From an uncultured Verrucomicrobiae bacterium (GTDB taxonomy: Bacteria > Verrucomicrobiota > Verrucomicrobiia > Chthoniobacterales > UBA10450), in assembly GCA_963815455.1 (NCBI GenBank), contig CAWFGO010000001.1, positions 704,001 to 768,000 of the forward strand: 64,000 nucleotides of DNA. The letters are read 5' to 3'. The position numbers and the translations under genes were made by a program. The notes beneath the pieces were generated by a model. It saw only the letters and a program-made list of their open reading frames with translations. It searched no databases and had not been told where the DNA came from. Positions 38,701 through 48,737 of this stretch are shown here, piece after piece (the first letter of the stretch is position 1; each line of letters begins with the position of its first letter).

Positions 38701-39164
38701 TTCCTGCAAAGCGCATGTTTCCTGTCGATCTTCCGCCAGCTGATAACTTCGACGCTGTAGCCTGGATTGCCGCGCATAAGCGAGTTTTGCTTTATCGACA
38801 ACGGGATTTGGAAAATTGGACTACTGGACCCGAGAAAGCGGAATTTCATCTTCTCGATCCGGCGACTGGAGCGCACGAAAAAGTTGAGGGCGAGATGCGT
38901 CCTTTCTTCGACGCGGGCAGCCATGAGCTCCAACCAACCGGCAAGCCGAATGAATTTTGGGCCGCGCTGCACTCGAGCATTGTCGATCCTAAATTGCACA
39001 CGACGACCATCGGTCGGTTCGACAGCTACAATTTTCGATTTTCGCCGGTGCTCAGTTTTCCCGATATCGAATTCGACAGCGCGAGCCTTTACGTCGATGG
39101 ACCCGGCCGACAGATCTGGATCGCCGTCAACGGCGATTTGCTCCGCGTTTCGTTGCCAAACTAA
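35760..39164 (+). CDS. large exported hypothetical protein (HEAT-like solenoid plus C-terminal propeller-like region)
   Basis: 1134-aa open frame, signal-like N-terminus, helical repeats then Trp/Gly-rich beta region. Confidence 0.8.
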   Translation: MLRAWRSVSVTIVALWTSATFLSSADKPGAYTKLPADQAVAQLFDSPAPPVDWREYLRQHPLKRNIPAKNAPLDDVLEYWRYAADEPPPDADTQQRLLEVCERDPDELPDFARFFGKASIDTQERLKRIYDRTSSKHTAKAEDLARNFHDWLMKHTRYFREDFIKRVFPAEDGLRIAATENELEAFINLDRESARSHLIEQAKSADESLRISALSLLFEYFGTDADAESWRKELCAMATDRDKPTDLLEKAIFGAMKRPWPGREKWFTRLFEDRQLLHPDKPADMNALAKCVAREPDRLIALVTPLVVSANVTIRDNAVQCLVQFDNAEKARADALRPLLPWLTNKRWADDVDGFERSSLFRALTLTNLPECAPLLPKCIESETGAQLEYALDASVHYRVSDAIAPMRRRIKHERNDEYRTALMSALFHLNGLKPSEISDCLRPYVEKVADKLEEWGGSDYYSWSAVDKHGVDWHAEVGYKIASSVTGIEAAAKVVLDLAHQEEAKNPIASEHLYCLALKWPTSIRRRVLTERLQGGAFSPAWIGTVIELRHDLKQTLHEVADLKGSGQGIQAALTEDQGSIETVLKGTDSAAQTAVFACARLARVSIPLDLAVRFLDSSDQHLMQAADKYFAESDSPNARAEAKKRAVNRARVLGTQLNFSAFAMDHGAISRTEAELRAFFQRSDPPREIFALLSEGNFGNDGQRALFVYNKRNVLRCADGNGRMREREVSPAELDVLRSWIVKNDVGNLPPYDEGTMDGIQLQYVHITPDGGERVFMNNPPGGPMGAAKVQPGITERRPDPIVYSELTRRIMKLNEVPMAVVYPTLKKLEGYRVVHAKEQGEIASLRFREGELFAGVTISYDKPIEWCVVENDHLSRKFRTEPPNPLKRQLWPDYNDWDDRAANVEEGPYAGKLLWPGTRQKDNVDGLWASGRTGQPDLIARGIFYRPLVCPAGDWIVVAKTQEGEMWNAPNGVVRIHLPAKRMFPVDLPPADNFDAVAWIAAHKRVLLYRQRDLENWTTGPEKAEFHLLDPATGAHEKVEGEMRPFFDAGSHELQPTGKPNEFWAALHSSIVDPKLHTTTIGRFDSYNFRFSPVLSFPDIEFDSASLYVDGPGRQIWIAVNGDLLRVSLPN

Positions 39165-39264
39165 TGCGTTGCAAAGCCGCGGGGGTCTGACAGTATCCGT
39201 CGCAACCCGCTCAGGAATTGGCAATTGTGGGCTGTAGCGGAAAATCTCTACCCAACCTCATCCC

Positions 39265-39639
39265 ATGAAATTCAAAATCCTATTTACTCTGTTGATCGCT
39301 TGCTCGTTCTCACAAAAAATTCGCGCGGCCGAAGACGATCCGGCCAGGCTGATGCCGCGGAGTTATCGCGTGACTTTGGATAATCGCCAAGTGCGCGTGC
39401 TGAGCGTCACGTTAAGACCAGGCCAGAAGACTCCGATGCACTCGCACCCAGACTCGGTGATTTATGTTCTCAACGGCGGCGTTGTGAAATTCACGGACGA
39501 CAAAGGGAAATCGACTACGGCCCGTATGAGATCGGGACAGACGATTTTCCGCAACGATGAGGACCATATGGTGCAGAATGTCGGAAGACATACGGTTCGC
39601 GTTCTGCAGGTCGAACTAAAAGGCGTCCGCATTTTTTAG
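39265..39639 (+). CDS. secreted cupin-domain protein
   Basis: Signal peptide; DNRQVRVL, PMHSHP, H.VQN.G motifs. Confidence 0.88.
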   Translation: MKFKILFTLLIACSFSQKIRAAEDDPARLMPRSYRVTLDNRQVRVLSVTLRPGQKTPMHSHPDSVIYVLNGGVVKFTDDKGKSTTARMRSGQTIFRNDEDHMVQNVGRHTVRVLQVELKGVRIF

Positions 39640-39687
39640 TCACGACTGGTAACCGCCAGTCGTGTCTTGCAAAATTTTGTCTGACCC

Positions 39688-40488
39688 ATGAATCGGACGC
39701 TGCTCGGTTTCGTTGTCGGGCTCGGATGTTTGCCCGTTGTGGCGGCATCCGATCTCCATCCCATCGTTGAAGTGCAGACGGGCTATTTCTTTGGCGCAAC
39801 TCGGGATGGCAAATGGATCAAGGCGGCCAAGGCGGCGAAGTCTGTTCAAGATGGAACGCCTTATCGACTCTACGATCTGACCGAAAAGCTCGGTGAAACG
39901 AAGGGCAGCAAACCGAAAGCGGACGAAGAGGTCTGCCCGGATAATTTCAGTATCGCACTGAAGCCGAAGCCGGAAAAAGGCGCCATCGCTCTGGCCGCAT
40001 CGTGGAACGCCCTCCCGCGTAAACCGCTCGTCCTCGATCCTACCCAGCAGGTTTACATCGACGCGGTGCGCGATTTTTTGAAGGGACGCGGCATCAAGAG
40101 CCCGAAGGTGAAGATCAAACGTATTCTGCGCGTTGATTTGGAAGGGGACGGCGAAGAGGAAGTGCTTATCAACGCCACGAATTATCTCAGCGCCGAAGAT
40201 TTGGAAGTGCCGGACACTGCGCCACCGGGAAGTTATTCCATCGTCCTATTGCGACGCGTCGTTGCGGGGAAAGTGAAAACTCAAGTTGTAGCAGGCGAAG
40301 TTCATGCCGACGGAAAAAACGCCAACCCGCCGAACTATTATGAGATCAGCGCGGTTCTCGATCTAAACGGTGATGGCAAACTCGAGATTATCGTGCACTC
40401 CAGCTACTACGAGGGAGGATCGACAATCATTTACCAATGCGATCCGGCCAAGATCACGCCGCTGCTTGAAGTGGCCTGCGGAGTCTGA
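39688..40488 (+). CDS. secreted hypothetical protein with FG-GAP/Ca-binding loops
   Basis: Signal peptide; VDLEGDGEEEV and LDLNGDGKLEI. Confidence 0.8.
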   Translation: MNRTLLGFVVGLGCLPVVAASDLHPIVEVQTGYFFGATRDGKWIKAAKAAKSVQDGTPYRLYDLTEKLGETKGSKPKADEEVCPDNFSIALKPKPEKGAIALAASWNALPRKPLVLDPTQQVYIDAVRDFLKGRGIKSPKVKIKRILRVDLEGDGEEEVLINATNYLSAEDLEVPDTAPPGSYSIVLLRRVVAGKVKTQVVAGEVHADGKNANPPNYYEISAVLDLNGDGKLEIIVHSSYYEGGSTIIYQCDPAKITPLLEVACGV

Positions 40489-40497
40489 GTGAACATT

Positions 40498-40986
40498 ATG
40501 AGCGAGAATGCAAAAGTGATCCATGTCGGGCCGGGCGAAGGCGATGCCTTCTCCGCCGTGGGCGATGTCTATCGTGTGCTCGCATCCGGCGACCAAACCG
40601 CTGGTGTTTATGCGCTTTCCGAAATCCGGGTTTCGCCAAATAACGGGCCACCGCCGCATGTTCATTCTCGTGAGGATGAGGCATTTTTCGTTCTCGAAGG
40701 CGAACTCATGTTTCAAGTTGGCGACGACCAAATCAAGGCCCGGCCCGGCGCTTTTGTTCAAGGACCGCGTGGAATTCCGCACACGTTCAAAAACATTGGC
40801 CAATCCCCGGCGCGAATACTAGTGCTGGTGATGCCGGCGGGATTTGAAAATTTTGTTAAAGAGTTCGCTCAGCGTGTTCCCTCGTTCGATTCGCCGGCGA
40901 TTCCGGTGAGCCAGGCCGAGATCGACAAGTTGCTCGCAGTCGCGCCCAAATACGGAATCCAAATCCTTCCCCCGCCTGCCGCCTAA
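40498..40986 (+). CDS. cupin-domain protein (quercetin 2,3-dioxygenase-like)
   Basis: GPPPHVHSREDEAFFVLEG, PRGIPHTFKN, PAGFENF. Confidence 0.88.
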   Translation: MSENAKVIHVGPGEGDAFSAVGDVYRVLASGDQTAGVYALSEIRVSPNNGPPPHVHSREDEAFFVLEGELMFQVGDDQIKARPGAFVQGPRGIPHTFKNIGQSPARILVLVMPAGFENFVKEFAQRVPSFDSPAIPVSQAEIDKLLAVAPKYGIQILPPPAA

Positions 40987-40994
40987 CGCGCTGC

Positions 40995-42374
40995 TCAGTC
41001 CTGCTTTTGCGGGCTCAAGATCATCTTGCGAGCGCCTTCCTCGCCTTTCGGGTTGGCAATGCGAAAGAGCGCAGCCATCATGGCCCGGCCGGCCGGCGTA
41101 AAAATGGGCGTGTGTCCGTTAATGATTTCCTTTGGCACCTGCATGATCCAGTAAGGAGTCCGTTGCGCGGTGTCGGGCCGGGTGATGGTCCACCAATTGA
41201 ATTGGCTCGGATCATTCTTCCTCGGCGTCGCGAAAGTCATGCCGTGCGGGTGCTGAAGGTTTTCTTCGAATGCCGGATTCGGTTCCTCCAATTCCGCGCA
41301 TTGGGTTTGACTGATCCGCGCGGTCATACGGGCCACCTCGGTCGCAGAAGAAGCTTCGGCCGGCGGACCGGCAGGATCGACATGGTGGGTGAAGAGGCGC
41401 TTGTTGTGTCCCGGCGTAATTGTGAGGTATTCATGCTGATCGACCTCCTGACTCAAATTGCCGAATCGATCGTCCCAATGATATTGCCGATGAGCGAAAA
41501 GGTTTGGAAAAAACGTGCCGACTGGGAACCATCCTTGGGTCGCCGTGTCGGTTTTTGAAGTAATGGAAATGAGCAACGGCCGGTTCGGACTAACGGAATC
41601 GCGGTGTCCAATGCGGGCGAACATTTCTCTCATCTCCTTCGCGTAGATGGATTCGCCGGCGGAATTGACCAGCAGAATCAGGTCGGCCGGGGCGTTAAAC
41701 GGACCGCCCCTGGCCTGCACGTCCTGGGCCAGAACACCACCGGTGAGCGCCTGGGCCATGGCCTTTTCCAAAACGAGCGCGCCAAATGAATGTCCAATCA
41801 CCACGCATTTCGATCCGGAATTTTCTCGACGCGCCTGACGTATCAACTCGAAGATCGTTTCTGTCACCGGTGTCCCGGCCACCCTGGTAGCGGCGGCTTT
41901 GCGGCTAAGAAAGGTCAGGTAATCGAGCGGACCGCTGATCAACCGGCCGCGCCAGCCCAGATAAACTCCGTGAACTTGAAAACCAGTCGTGCTCGCGGAA
42001 ACCGCCAGCTCGGAAAGAAGACAACGGAATGTTTCGACATCGCCCGGATTCTTGCCGCCCGGTTTGCGATCGTTGGCGTTGTGATGCCAGCCGTGAATGT
42101 AAATCACCAACAGGACCGGCTTTTTTGTATCGCGAATTTTATTGTTCGCGCGCCCCAGTTGACGGCGATCCCAGAAGTCTCCTTTCTCATCAAATTCGAT
42201 AAATGAAATCCTGTAGGTCCGGCCTTCCGAAATGCTTATTTCATCAAAGGAAGATTTTTGATTCGGGTAATTTTTGTCATCGATACCAAGGAGGCGAAAC
42301 GGTTTGTTCGCGACGCACCCGAAAAGAATGGTCGAGCACGCCAGGGCAACAGCGCTCCGAAGTGGGAAATTCAT
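40995..42374 (-). CDS. alpha/beta-hydrolase-fold lipoprotein
   Basis: Lipobox LFGC; IEFDEKG, IYIHGW, GHSFG nucleophile elbow; likely ATG 42374. Confidence 0.82.
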   Translation of the reverse strand: MNFPLRSAVALACSTILFGCVANKPFRLLGIDDKNYPNQKSSFDEISISEGRTYRISFIEFDEKGDFWDRRQLGRANNKIRDTKKPVLLVIYIHGWHHNANDRKPGGKNPGDVETFRCLLSELAVSASTTGFQVHGVYLGWRGRLISGPLDYLTFLSRKAAATRVAGTPVTETIFELIRQARRENSGSKCVVIGHSFGALVLEKAMAQALTGGVLAQDVQARGGPFNAPADLILLVNSAGESIYAKEMREMFARIGHRDSVSPNRPLLISITSKTDTATQGWFPVGTFFPNLFAHRQYHWDDRFGNLSQEVDQHEYLTITPGHNKRLFTHHVDPAGPPAEASSATEVARMTARISQTQCAELEEPNPAFEENLQHPHGMTFATPRKNDPSQFNWWTITRPDTAQRTPYWIMQVPKEIINGHTPIFTPAGRAMMAALFRIANPKGEEGARKMILSPQKQD

Positions 42375-42498
42375 CGCCAGAAAATGATCTTCGGATTTAA
42401 CAATTGATAGGCAATTAACGTCAAGCTCTTGTGCGTCGTCCCCGGCACTCCGTGGGACAAGCCTTGATCGGGGGACGATGACGGGACTAAAACAGGAA

Positions 42499-44318
42499 AT
42501 GGATTTGCGGGGCATACTGAAGAAGCACTTTGGCTATGATCAGTTTCGGCCGCTGCAAGAAGAGATCATCGCCGACGCCCTGGCGGGTCGCGATGTTTTT
42601 GTCCTGATGCCGACGGGCGGCGGGAAATCGCTTTGTTTTCAGTTGCCGGCGTTAATTCGCGATGGATTAACGATTGTAGTGTCGCCCCTCATTTCCCTGA
42701 TGAAAGATCAGGTCGACGCGCTGCGGGCGAGCGGGATCGCCGCGACGTTTTTGAATTCGACGCTGGACCGCCACGAAGCGGCTGAACGATTCCGAGGTTT
42801 GAATCGTGGCGAGTATAGGATGCTCTACGTCGCGCCGGAGCGACTCATGCTGGATAGGTTCCTGGAGGGAGCGTTGAACTGGAACATCGCGCAGATCGCC
42901 ATCGACGAGGCTCATTGCATCAGCGAATGGGGACACGATTTCCGGCCGGAATATCGCGAGCTCAAGAAATTGCGAACTCACCTTCCCGATGTGCCGGTGA
43001 TGGCGCTTACCGCAACCGCAACCGAACGGGTCAGGATCGACATCGTCAAGCAACTCAAGCTGCGTGAGCCACGCTGCTATGTGGCCAGTTTCAATCGGCC
43101 GAATCTTACCTATCGCGTAATTCCGAAATCGGGACCTTACGATCAACTGCTCGCTTTCGTCCGGAGCCGGCCAAACGAGAGCGGCATCGTTTATTGCGCG
43201 AGCAGAAAGACGGCGGATTCGTTGCCACAGAGTTAAACACCGACGGAGTCAAAGCGAAGCCGTACCATGCCGGGCTCGACGCAAAGGAGCGAACAAGGCA
43301 TCAGGACCTTTTTCTGCGCGATGATGTGCGCGTGATTACGGCAACGATCGCGTTCGGGATGGGGATCAACAAATCGAACGTCCGCTTCGTTATCCATCAC
43401 GATCTGCCGAAGAATCTGGAAAGTTATTATCAGGAGACGGGGCGGGCCGGACGGGACGGATTGCCCAGTGAGTGCGTGCTGCTTTTCAGCGCGAGCGACG
43501 TGGTCAAGCAACGGCGTTTCATCGAAGAGAAAGGCGAAAAGGAACAGCAGATCGCAAAGGAGCAGTTGCGCGACATGATTCATTACGCTGAGACCCGCCA
43601 TTGCCGGCGGGCCACGCTGCTGAAATATTTCGGCGAAGAATTTCCGGTTCCCTGCAATGGCTGCGACAATTGCCTGGAGCCGCGGGAAACGTTCGATGGG
43701 ACTGTTCACGCGCAGAAATTTCTATCCTGCGTTTATCGCATCCACGAAAAACACGGTTTTGGTTTCGGGTTGAATCACGTTGTCGATGTTCTGGCCGGCG
43801 CCGAAACAGAAGCCATCAGGCAACGCAGCCACCATGAACTTTCAACATATGGGATCGGCAAGGATGTGAAACGGACCGCGTGGCTCGCGATTGGTCGTGA
43901 GTTGTTGCGGTTGGGACTCGTCGCCGCTGCGCCGGGAAAATTCGCGACGTTGCAATTAACGGAGGCCGGACTCGCAGCCTTGCGCGAGCGAAAGTCACTC
44001 ACGCTGACAAAGCCGTTCGATGTCGAAACGACCAGGCGAGCCAGAAAGCATCGAGCCGGCGACATTGAATGTGACGAATCGTTGTTCGAGCAACTGCGCG
44101 TCTTGCGCCGCCAAATCGCCGATGAACGCGATGTGCCCGCCTATGTCATCTTCTCCGACGTTGCCCTGCGCGAAATGGCGCGGGGTTATCCGACGACTTC
44201 CGCGGAGTTCGGTCGAATTCCAGGGGTCGGTCAGCAGAAGCTACGGGATTTCGCAGAGCCGTTTACTGCTGCGATCAGAGATTATCTCGCGAGCAATCCT
44301 CGCCAGTCACGAGCCTAG
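42499..44318 (+). CDS. recQ: DNA helicase RecQ (frameshifted near 43224)
   Basis: MPTGGGKS, DEAHCISEWGHDFRP, ATIAFGMG, QETGRAGRDG, Zn-binding, RQC and HRDC domains. Confidence 0.96.
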
Positions 44319-44869
44319 TGCTGCTTGTCGACTGATTTCGGCTGGAGAGTGATAAACGTTTTTAGTACTTCCTGCAGCGCTGCCAAATCCTTGCGATAAT
44401 TCGACTCATCCCGGGATGAGAGAACGATGTAAGCGACGGCGTGAGACATTTGGACGTAGGCGATGCGCTCCCATTGGGAGTAAGTTTTTGTCGCCGGATA
44501 TTCATTAATAAAATAGTCGTGGCCGTCCAGTGTCTTGCCGGAGGCGATCTTCTCCTTCGGCGTGCCGTGCGCCTTTTTCATTTCCTTGATCGCCATGGTG
44601 ACGAACGCATTCACGTCTTCAAATTGAGTGCTGGCGATCTTCGCGTAGATGATCGTCTTCGCATCCGCCCAGGACGATCCTTTGGGATACAACACGCAGG
44701 GCAAACCTTGCGAAGCGCCGGACTCATTGTCCAGGACCCAACCCTCCGGCGCATTGATGTTAAAGGCGCCTTTCGGTCCGTAAACAATTCCGCCACGAAA
44801 AGTTTCCTGGGCGGGACTTTGGCTACAGATGAGGAACAACGCGAGGCAAACAGCCAAAATTCGTTTCAT
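44315..44869 (-). CDS. secreted hypothetical protein
   Basis: Signal peptide MKRILAVCLALF; immediately downstream of dnaJ. Confidence 0.75.
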   Translation of the reverse strand: MKRILAVCLALFLICSQSPAQETFRGGIVYGPKGAFNINAPEGWVLDNESGASQGLPCVLYPKGSSWADAKTIIYAKIASTQFEDVNAFVTMAIKEMKKAHGTPKEKIASGKTLDGHDYFINEYPATKTYSQWERIAYVQMSHAVAYIVLSSRDESNYRKDLAALQEVLKTFITLQPKSVDKQH

Positions 44870-44895
44870 GACCAGTTGACACAGGCGGTTCATGA

Positions 44896-46035
44896 TTACC
44901 GGAAGAATTCTTTCGCCCGCTCGAAGAAACTCTTGTGCATCGGCGCGTTTTCCTCCCCGCACAGATCAGCAAACTCCTCGAGCTTACCTCGCTGCTCCGC
45001 ATTCAAACGCGTCGGTACTTCGACAATGAGACGCGCGAGCAGGTCGCCGCGCTCCCTTCCATTTACATGGACGATTCCTTTGCCGCGCAGTTTGAACGTC
45101 TGACCGCTTTGCGTACCGGCGGGGACTTTCAGATTGGCCCTGCCATCGAGCGTCGGCACGGCTACTTCGCCACCGAGCGCCGCCACCGAGAACGGAATGG
45201 GCAGTTCGCAATAAAGATTATCTTCGTCGCGCTGAAAAATTTCGTGTTCCTTAATGTGGATCACCACATAGAGATCGCCCTGCGGCCCGCCGCGAATGCC
45301 GGCCTCGCCGTTTCGCGACGAACGGAGCCGCGAACCTTCGCTGATTCCCGCCGGAATCTTCAACTTCACTCGGCTCGCTTTCTCGAGGCGGCCTTCTCCG
45401 GCGCAGGCCCGGCACGGTTTCTCAATGACCTGACCGACCCCGCGACAACGCGGGCACGTTTGTGAAATCTGGAAAAAACCGCGCGAGCTGATCACCTGAC
45501 CACGACCGCCGCAGGCGGGACAACTGATCGTTCGTGAGCCGGACTCGGCGCCGCTGCCATTGCACTTGTCGCAGGTGTCCAGCTTGCGAATCTCAATTTC
45601 TTTTTCGACACCGAAGGCCGCTTCTTCGAGCGTGATTTGCATGTCGTACCGCAAATCGGAGCCGCGCTGTCGATCCTCGGCCTGGGTCCCGCCGCCTCCA
45701 AAAAAGGTCTCGAAAATTCCGCCGCCCATTCCGCCGCCGCCGAATACTTCGCGGAAAATATCGAACGGATCGTGAAACCCACCGCCGGCAAATCCTCCGC
45801 CCTGGGTGAAAGCAGCATGACCGAACCGATCGTAAGCGGCGCGTTTATCGGGATCCATCAAGACGTCGTAGGCTTCGCCGAGCTCCTTAAATTTTTCTTC
45901 GGAGTGCGGGTCGTCCGGATTTTTATCTGGATGAAATTTTACGGCCAGCTTGCGATAAGCGCGTTTGACCTCGTCGCCTGTGGCGCTGCGCTCGATCTCG
46001 AGAACCTCGTAATAATCGCGTTTGGTGGTGGCCAT
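44896..46035 (-). CDS. dnaJ: chaperone DnaJ
   Basis: DYYEVL, HPD, G/F region, four CxxCxGxG motifs. Confidence 0.98.
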   Translation of the reverse strand: MATTKRDYYEVLEIERSATGDEVKRAYRKLAVKFHPDKNPDDPHSEEKFKELGEAYDVLMDPDKRAAYDRFGHAAFTQGGGFAGGGFHDPFDIFREVFGGGGMGGGIFETFFGGGGTQAEDRQRGSDLRYDMQITLEEAAFGVEKEIEIRKLDTCDKCNGSGAESGSRTISCPACGGRGQVISSRGFFQISQTCPRCRGVGQVIEKPCRACAGEGRLEKASRVKLKIPAGISEGSRLRSSRNGEAGIRGGPQGDLYVVIHIKEHEIFQRDEDNLYCELPIPFSVAALGGEVAVPTLDGRANLKVPAGTQSGQTFKLRGKGIVHVNGRERGDLLARLIVEVPTRLNAEQRGKLEEFADLCGEENAPMHKSFFERAKEFFR

Positions 46036-46091
46036 CGTAAAACAGTGACTAGTGGCGGCTGACAAGAGAAAGCATGCCGCTTGCCTATTTA

Positions 46092-46119
46092 CTCGTCACT
46101 TACCAGTTGTCACCCGTCA
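46092..46119. repeat. heptamer tandem repeat overlapping grpE stop
   Basis: ctcgtca cttacca gttgtca cccgtca. Confidence 0.65.
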
Positions 46120-46662
46120 CTTCCCTGCCGGGCCGCTGGAGACCACCACGCTGGATGGCCGGAGCAAACGGTCTTTCAAAAGATAACCGCGGCGAGTCTG
46201 GCGAATGACGTTTCCTTCCGCCACTTCCTCGCTTGGCTCGTGCGCGATCGCTTCGTGAAAATTGGGATCGAATTTCTTTCCCTCGGCCTCGATCGGTCGC
46301 AATCCGTTGTCGGCCAGGAAATCGTTGAGTTGTTTGAACACGAGACTCATTCCGGAATAAATGGGCGATTTGTCCCCCTCGGCCTGCGCCGCGGTAAGAC
46401 CGAGCTCGAAATTATCGACAATCGCGATCAGCCGCTCGAGCAGCGAGCTATTGGCGTATTTAATGGCTTCTTCTTTGTCGCGAGCGGTGCGCTTCTTGTA
46501 ATTTTCGAAGTCAGCCTGGCTGCGCATGGCCAGATCGCGAAATCGATCGAGATCCGCCTGCAAGCCGGCGAGGCCGTCGTCTCCATCGGGTTCCGATGCT
46601 CTGGCAGGATCGATATCGGATTTATCCGGGTCTTTTGGTTGAGCTACAGGAATTTTTTTCAT
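46117..46662 (-). CDS. grpE: nucleotide exchange factor GrpE
   Basis: ADFENYKKR, FDPNFHEA, GYLLKDRLLRPSSVVV. Confidence 0.97.
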   Translation of the reverse strand: MKKIPVAQPKDPDKSDIDPARASEPDGDDGLAGLQADLDRFRDLAMRSQADFENYKKRTARDKEEAIKYANSSLLERLIAIVDNFELGLTAAQAEGDKSPIYSGMSLVFKQLNDFLADNGLRPIEAEGKKFDPNFHEAIAHEPSEEVAEGNVIRQTRRGYLLKDRLLRPSSVVVSSGPAGK

Positions 46663-48098
46663 GTCTTACGAATGGCGATAAGGGTGATGTCGTCGTGTTG
46701 TGGCGTTGTCCCGGCGAAGTTTCTCACGTCGTCGATTACGCTCGATATGATCGCCTGGGCGCTGCTGCCGTCGGCGCGAGCGCGGACCGATTCGGTCATA
46801 CGCTCGACGCCAAATTCATCTCCCGCAGAGTCCAGCGCTTCGGTCACTCCATCTGTGTAAAGAAGCAAACAGTCACCGCGCTCGAGCGGGACGGTGAAAT
46901 CGTTCGTGATCCTATCGAACACGCTTCCGCTGTCAATTCCCACGACCATTCCAGGCGGCTTCAATTTCTCCACCGTTTGCGAAGCGTGTTTGTAAAGCAA
47001 CGGGGCATCGTGACCGGCCCGGGCCAGAACGACACCGCTCCGGGCGTGATCGAGTATCAGATACGCCATGCTAATAAACATGTCTTCCTTAATATCGGGA
47101 TAAAGCTGCCGATTGACCTTTTGCAAGACGTCGGCCGGAGAAGGATTCTTGGCCGCCTCACTCCGCAACACGCTGCGACAAATTGCCATGATCAGCGACG
47201 CGGGAACGCCTTTGCCCGAAACATCGGCAATGGCGATGCCGAGCCGTTCCTGATCGACCACAATGTAATCGAAATAATCGCCGCTCACCTGTCGGGCGGG
47301 AATACTCGTCCCGCTTATTTCGAATCCATTGACCGAAGGCGGTTCGGTCGGCAAAAGCACTCGTTGAATATCTCGCGCGATCTCGAGGTCGTGATCGAGG
47401 CGCTTCTTTTCGCCAGCCTCGGAATAGATGATCGCGTTATAGAGCGCGAAGGCGGATTGCTCGGCAATCGATTTGAACACGACAAAGTCGCTCTGGGAAA
47501 ACGGCGCGCCCTTCGAGCCCTTGGCCAGCGCGAGAACACCGAGGTTTTGTTTTCCGTAAACCAACGAACCAATCATGAGCGACGAAGCGCCAAATGCGCT
47601 GTCGCGCAGGTTCGCCAGCTCCGGCGCTTCCGAGAATTCGTTCAGACTGACTGACTGCCCCGCTTGCCAGACCCGGCCGACAAGTCCCTCGCCCCGGGCG
47701 ATGGAATGCAGCCGCAGATAAGTTTCGAGCGCGACCGATGTCGCAGCGGCCTGCCGCAAAATTTCCGCCGGAACATCGACAAGCGGGGGGCAACTCTTGG
47801 AGATATACGCCGGGGTGAGTTTCAGACCGGTCCGATCGACAAGGTAAAGCGCCCCGCCATGGGCATCGACGATGCGGGTGGCGCCCTCGACGATGAGCCG
47901 ATGAAGATCGTTAGGCCGAATCGTTTCGGTAAAAGCCTCGCCCAGGCCGTGTAAAAAATCGAAGACCAGTGTCTCCTCGACCTGAATTTCCTCGTTTGAT
48001 CGCTCTAGCGTTCGAATCCGACTGGACTGCCGTCGGGCCGTGTAAATCCATCCGGCAATGGACGCGACGAGCAGGACGGAGAGAAGAATCGGCCACAT
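46659..48098 (-). CDS. TM-GAF-PP2C (SpoIIE/RsbU-like) phosphatase
   Basis: N-terminal TM, GAF, VSGDYFD, IADVSGKG, AGH, LYTDGVTEA, DDITL. Confidence 0.93.
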   Translation of the reverse strand: MWPILLSVLLVASIAGWIYTARRQSSRIRTLERSNEEIQVEETLVFDFLHGLGEAFTETIRPNDLHRLIVEGATRIVDAHGGALYLVDRTGLKLTPAYISKSCPPLVDVPAEILRQAAATSVALETYLRLHSIARGEGLVGRVWQAGQSVSLNEFSEAPELANLRDSAFGASSLMIGSLVYGKQNLGVLALAKGSKGAPFSQSDFVVFKSIAEQSAFALYNAIIYSEAGEKKRLDHDLEIARDIQRVLLPTEPPSVNGFEISGTSIPARQVSGDYFDYIVVDQERLGIAIADVSGKGVPASLIMAICRSVLRSEAAKNPSPADVLQKVNRQLYPDIKEDMFISMAYLILDHARSGVVLARAGHDAPLLYKHASQTVEKLKPPGMVVGIDSGSVFDRITNDFTVPLERGDCLLLYTDGVTEALDSAGDEFGVERMTESVRARADGSSAQAIISSVIDDVRNFAGTTPQHDDITLIAIRKT

Positions 48099-48112
48099 GT
48101 GGACCGGCCAGC

Positions 48113-48625
48113 TTACTTCGATACCGTCTCGTGGTGAAGGTCTTGCTTTAGGTAATCGAGAACGTCCTTAAAACGAAACAGGTTCTCCGGGGCAGCCTCG
48201 CACAACGCCTCGTGCGCCTCTAACATGGTGCGCGCCTGCTCGCGTTTTTGGTTTTCGCGCTCCCCGTCCAGCGGACTCTTGAGCGATTCGCATTCGGGCG
48301 CCTTGTCGCCGTCGGAATGAATATTGAATAACTGGTCCAGACCGAGACCGGAGAGAAGCTCGCTGCTGCGTTCTCCGCAATGAATCACATGCAGATGCCC
48401 GCGACCCAGCTCCTTCAAACGCAAAGCCACTCCCGCCATTGTGCCCATGAAAGTGGAATCCATCATGGCGCAGTTGGCCAGGTCGATAACGAATTCTCGA
48501 TAACCGCGATCCATCATTTCGCGGGCAAACTCCTTCAAGTTCCCGCTATTGAGGAAACTCCCCTTACCCTGGACCCTGACCCAAACGGTGGGACCATTTA
48601 CCCCTACTTGAATCGATGACTCCAC
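48113..48625 (-). CDS. STAS-domain anti-sigma factor antagonist
   Basis: VIDLANCAMMDSTFMG; C-terminal helical extension AHEAL...FKDV. Confidence 0.9.
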   Translation of the reverse strand: MESSIQVGVNGPTVWVRVQGKGSFLNSGNLKEFAREMMDRGYREFVIDLANCAMMDSTFMGTMAGVALRLKELGRGHLHVIHCGERSSELLSGLGLDQLFNIHSDGDKAPECESLKSPLDGERENQKREQARTMLEAHEALCEAAPENLFRFKDVLDYLKQDLHHETVSK

Positions 48626-48737
48626 GATTAATCTTCACTAAGGATACAGGAGCCAGCGGCGGACTGTCAAACCTTGGCGCTCCGCAGAGGCAATCCCTTC
48701 GAGGAACTCGCCTTGCCACCCTCGCCGCCGCGGCGGT

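Noticed and set aside
35747..40987. Integron cassette array (GTTAGAC at 35747, GCCTAAC at 40981)
   Set aside because: No paired RYYYAAC...GTTRRRY attC hairpins between the genes and no integron integrase.
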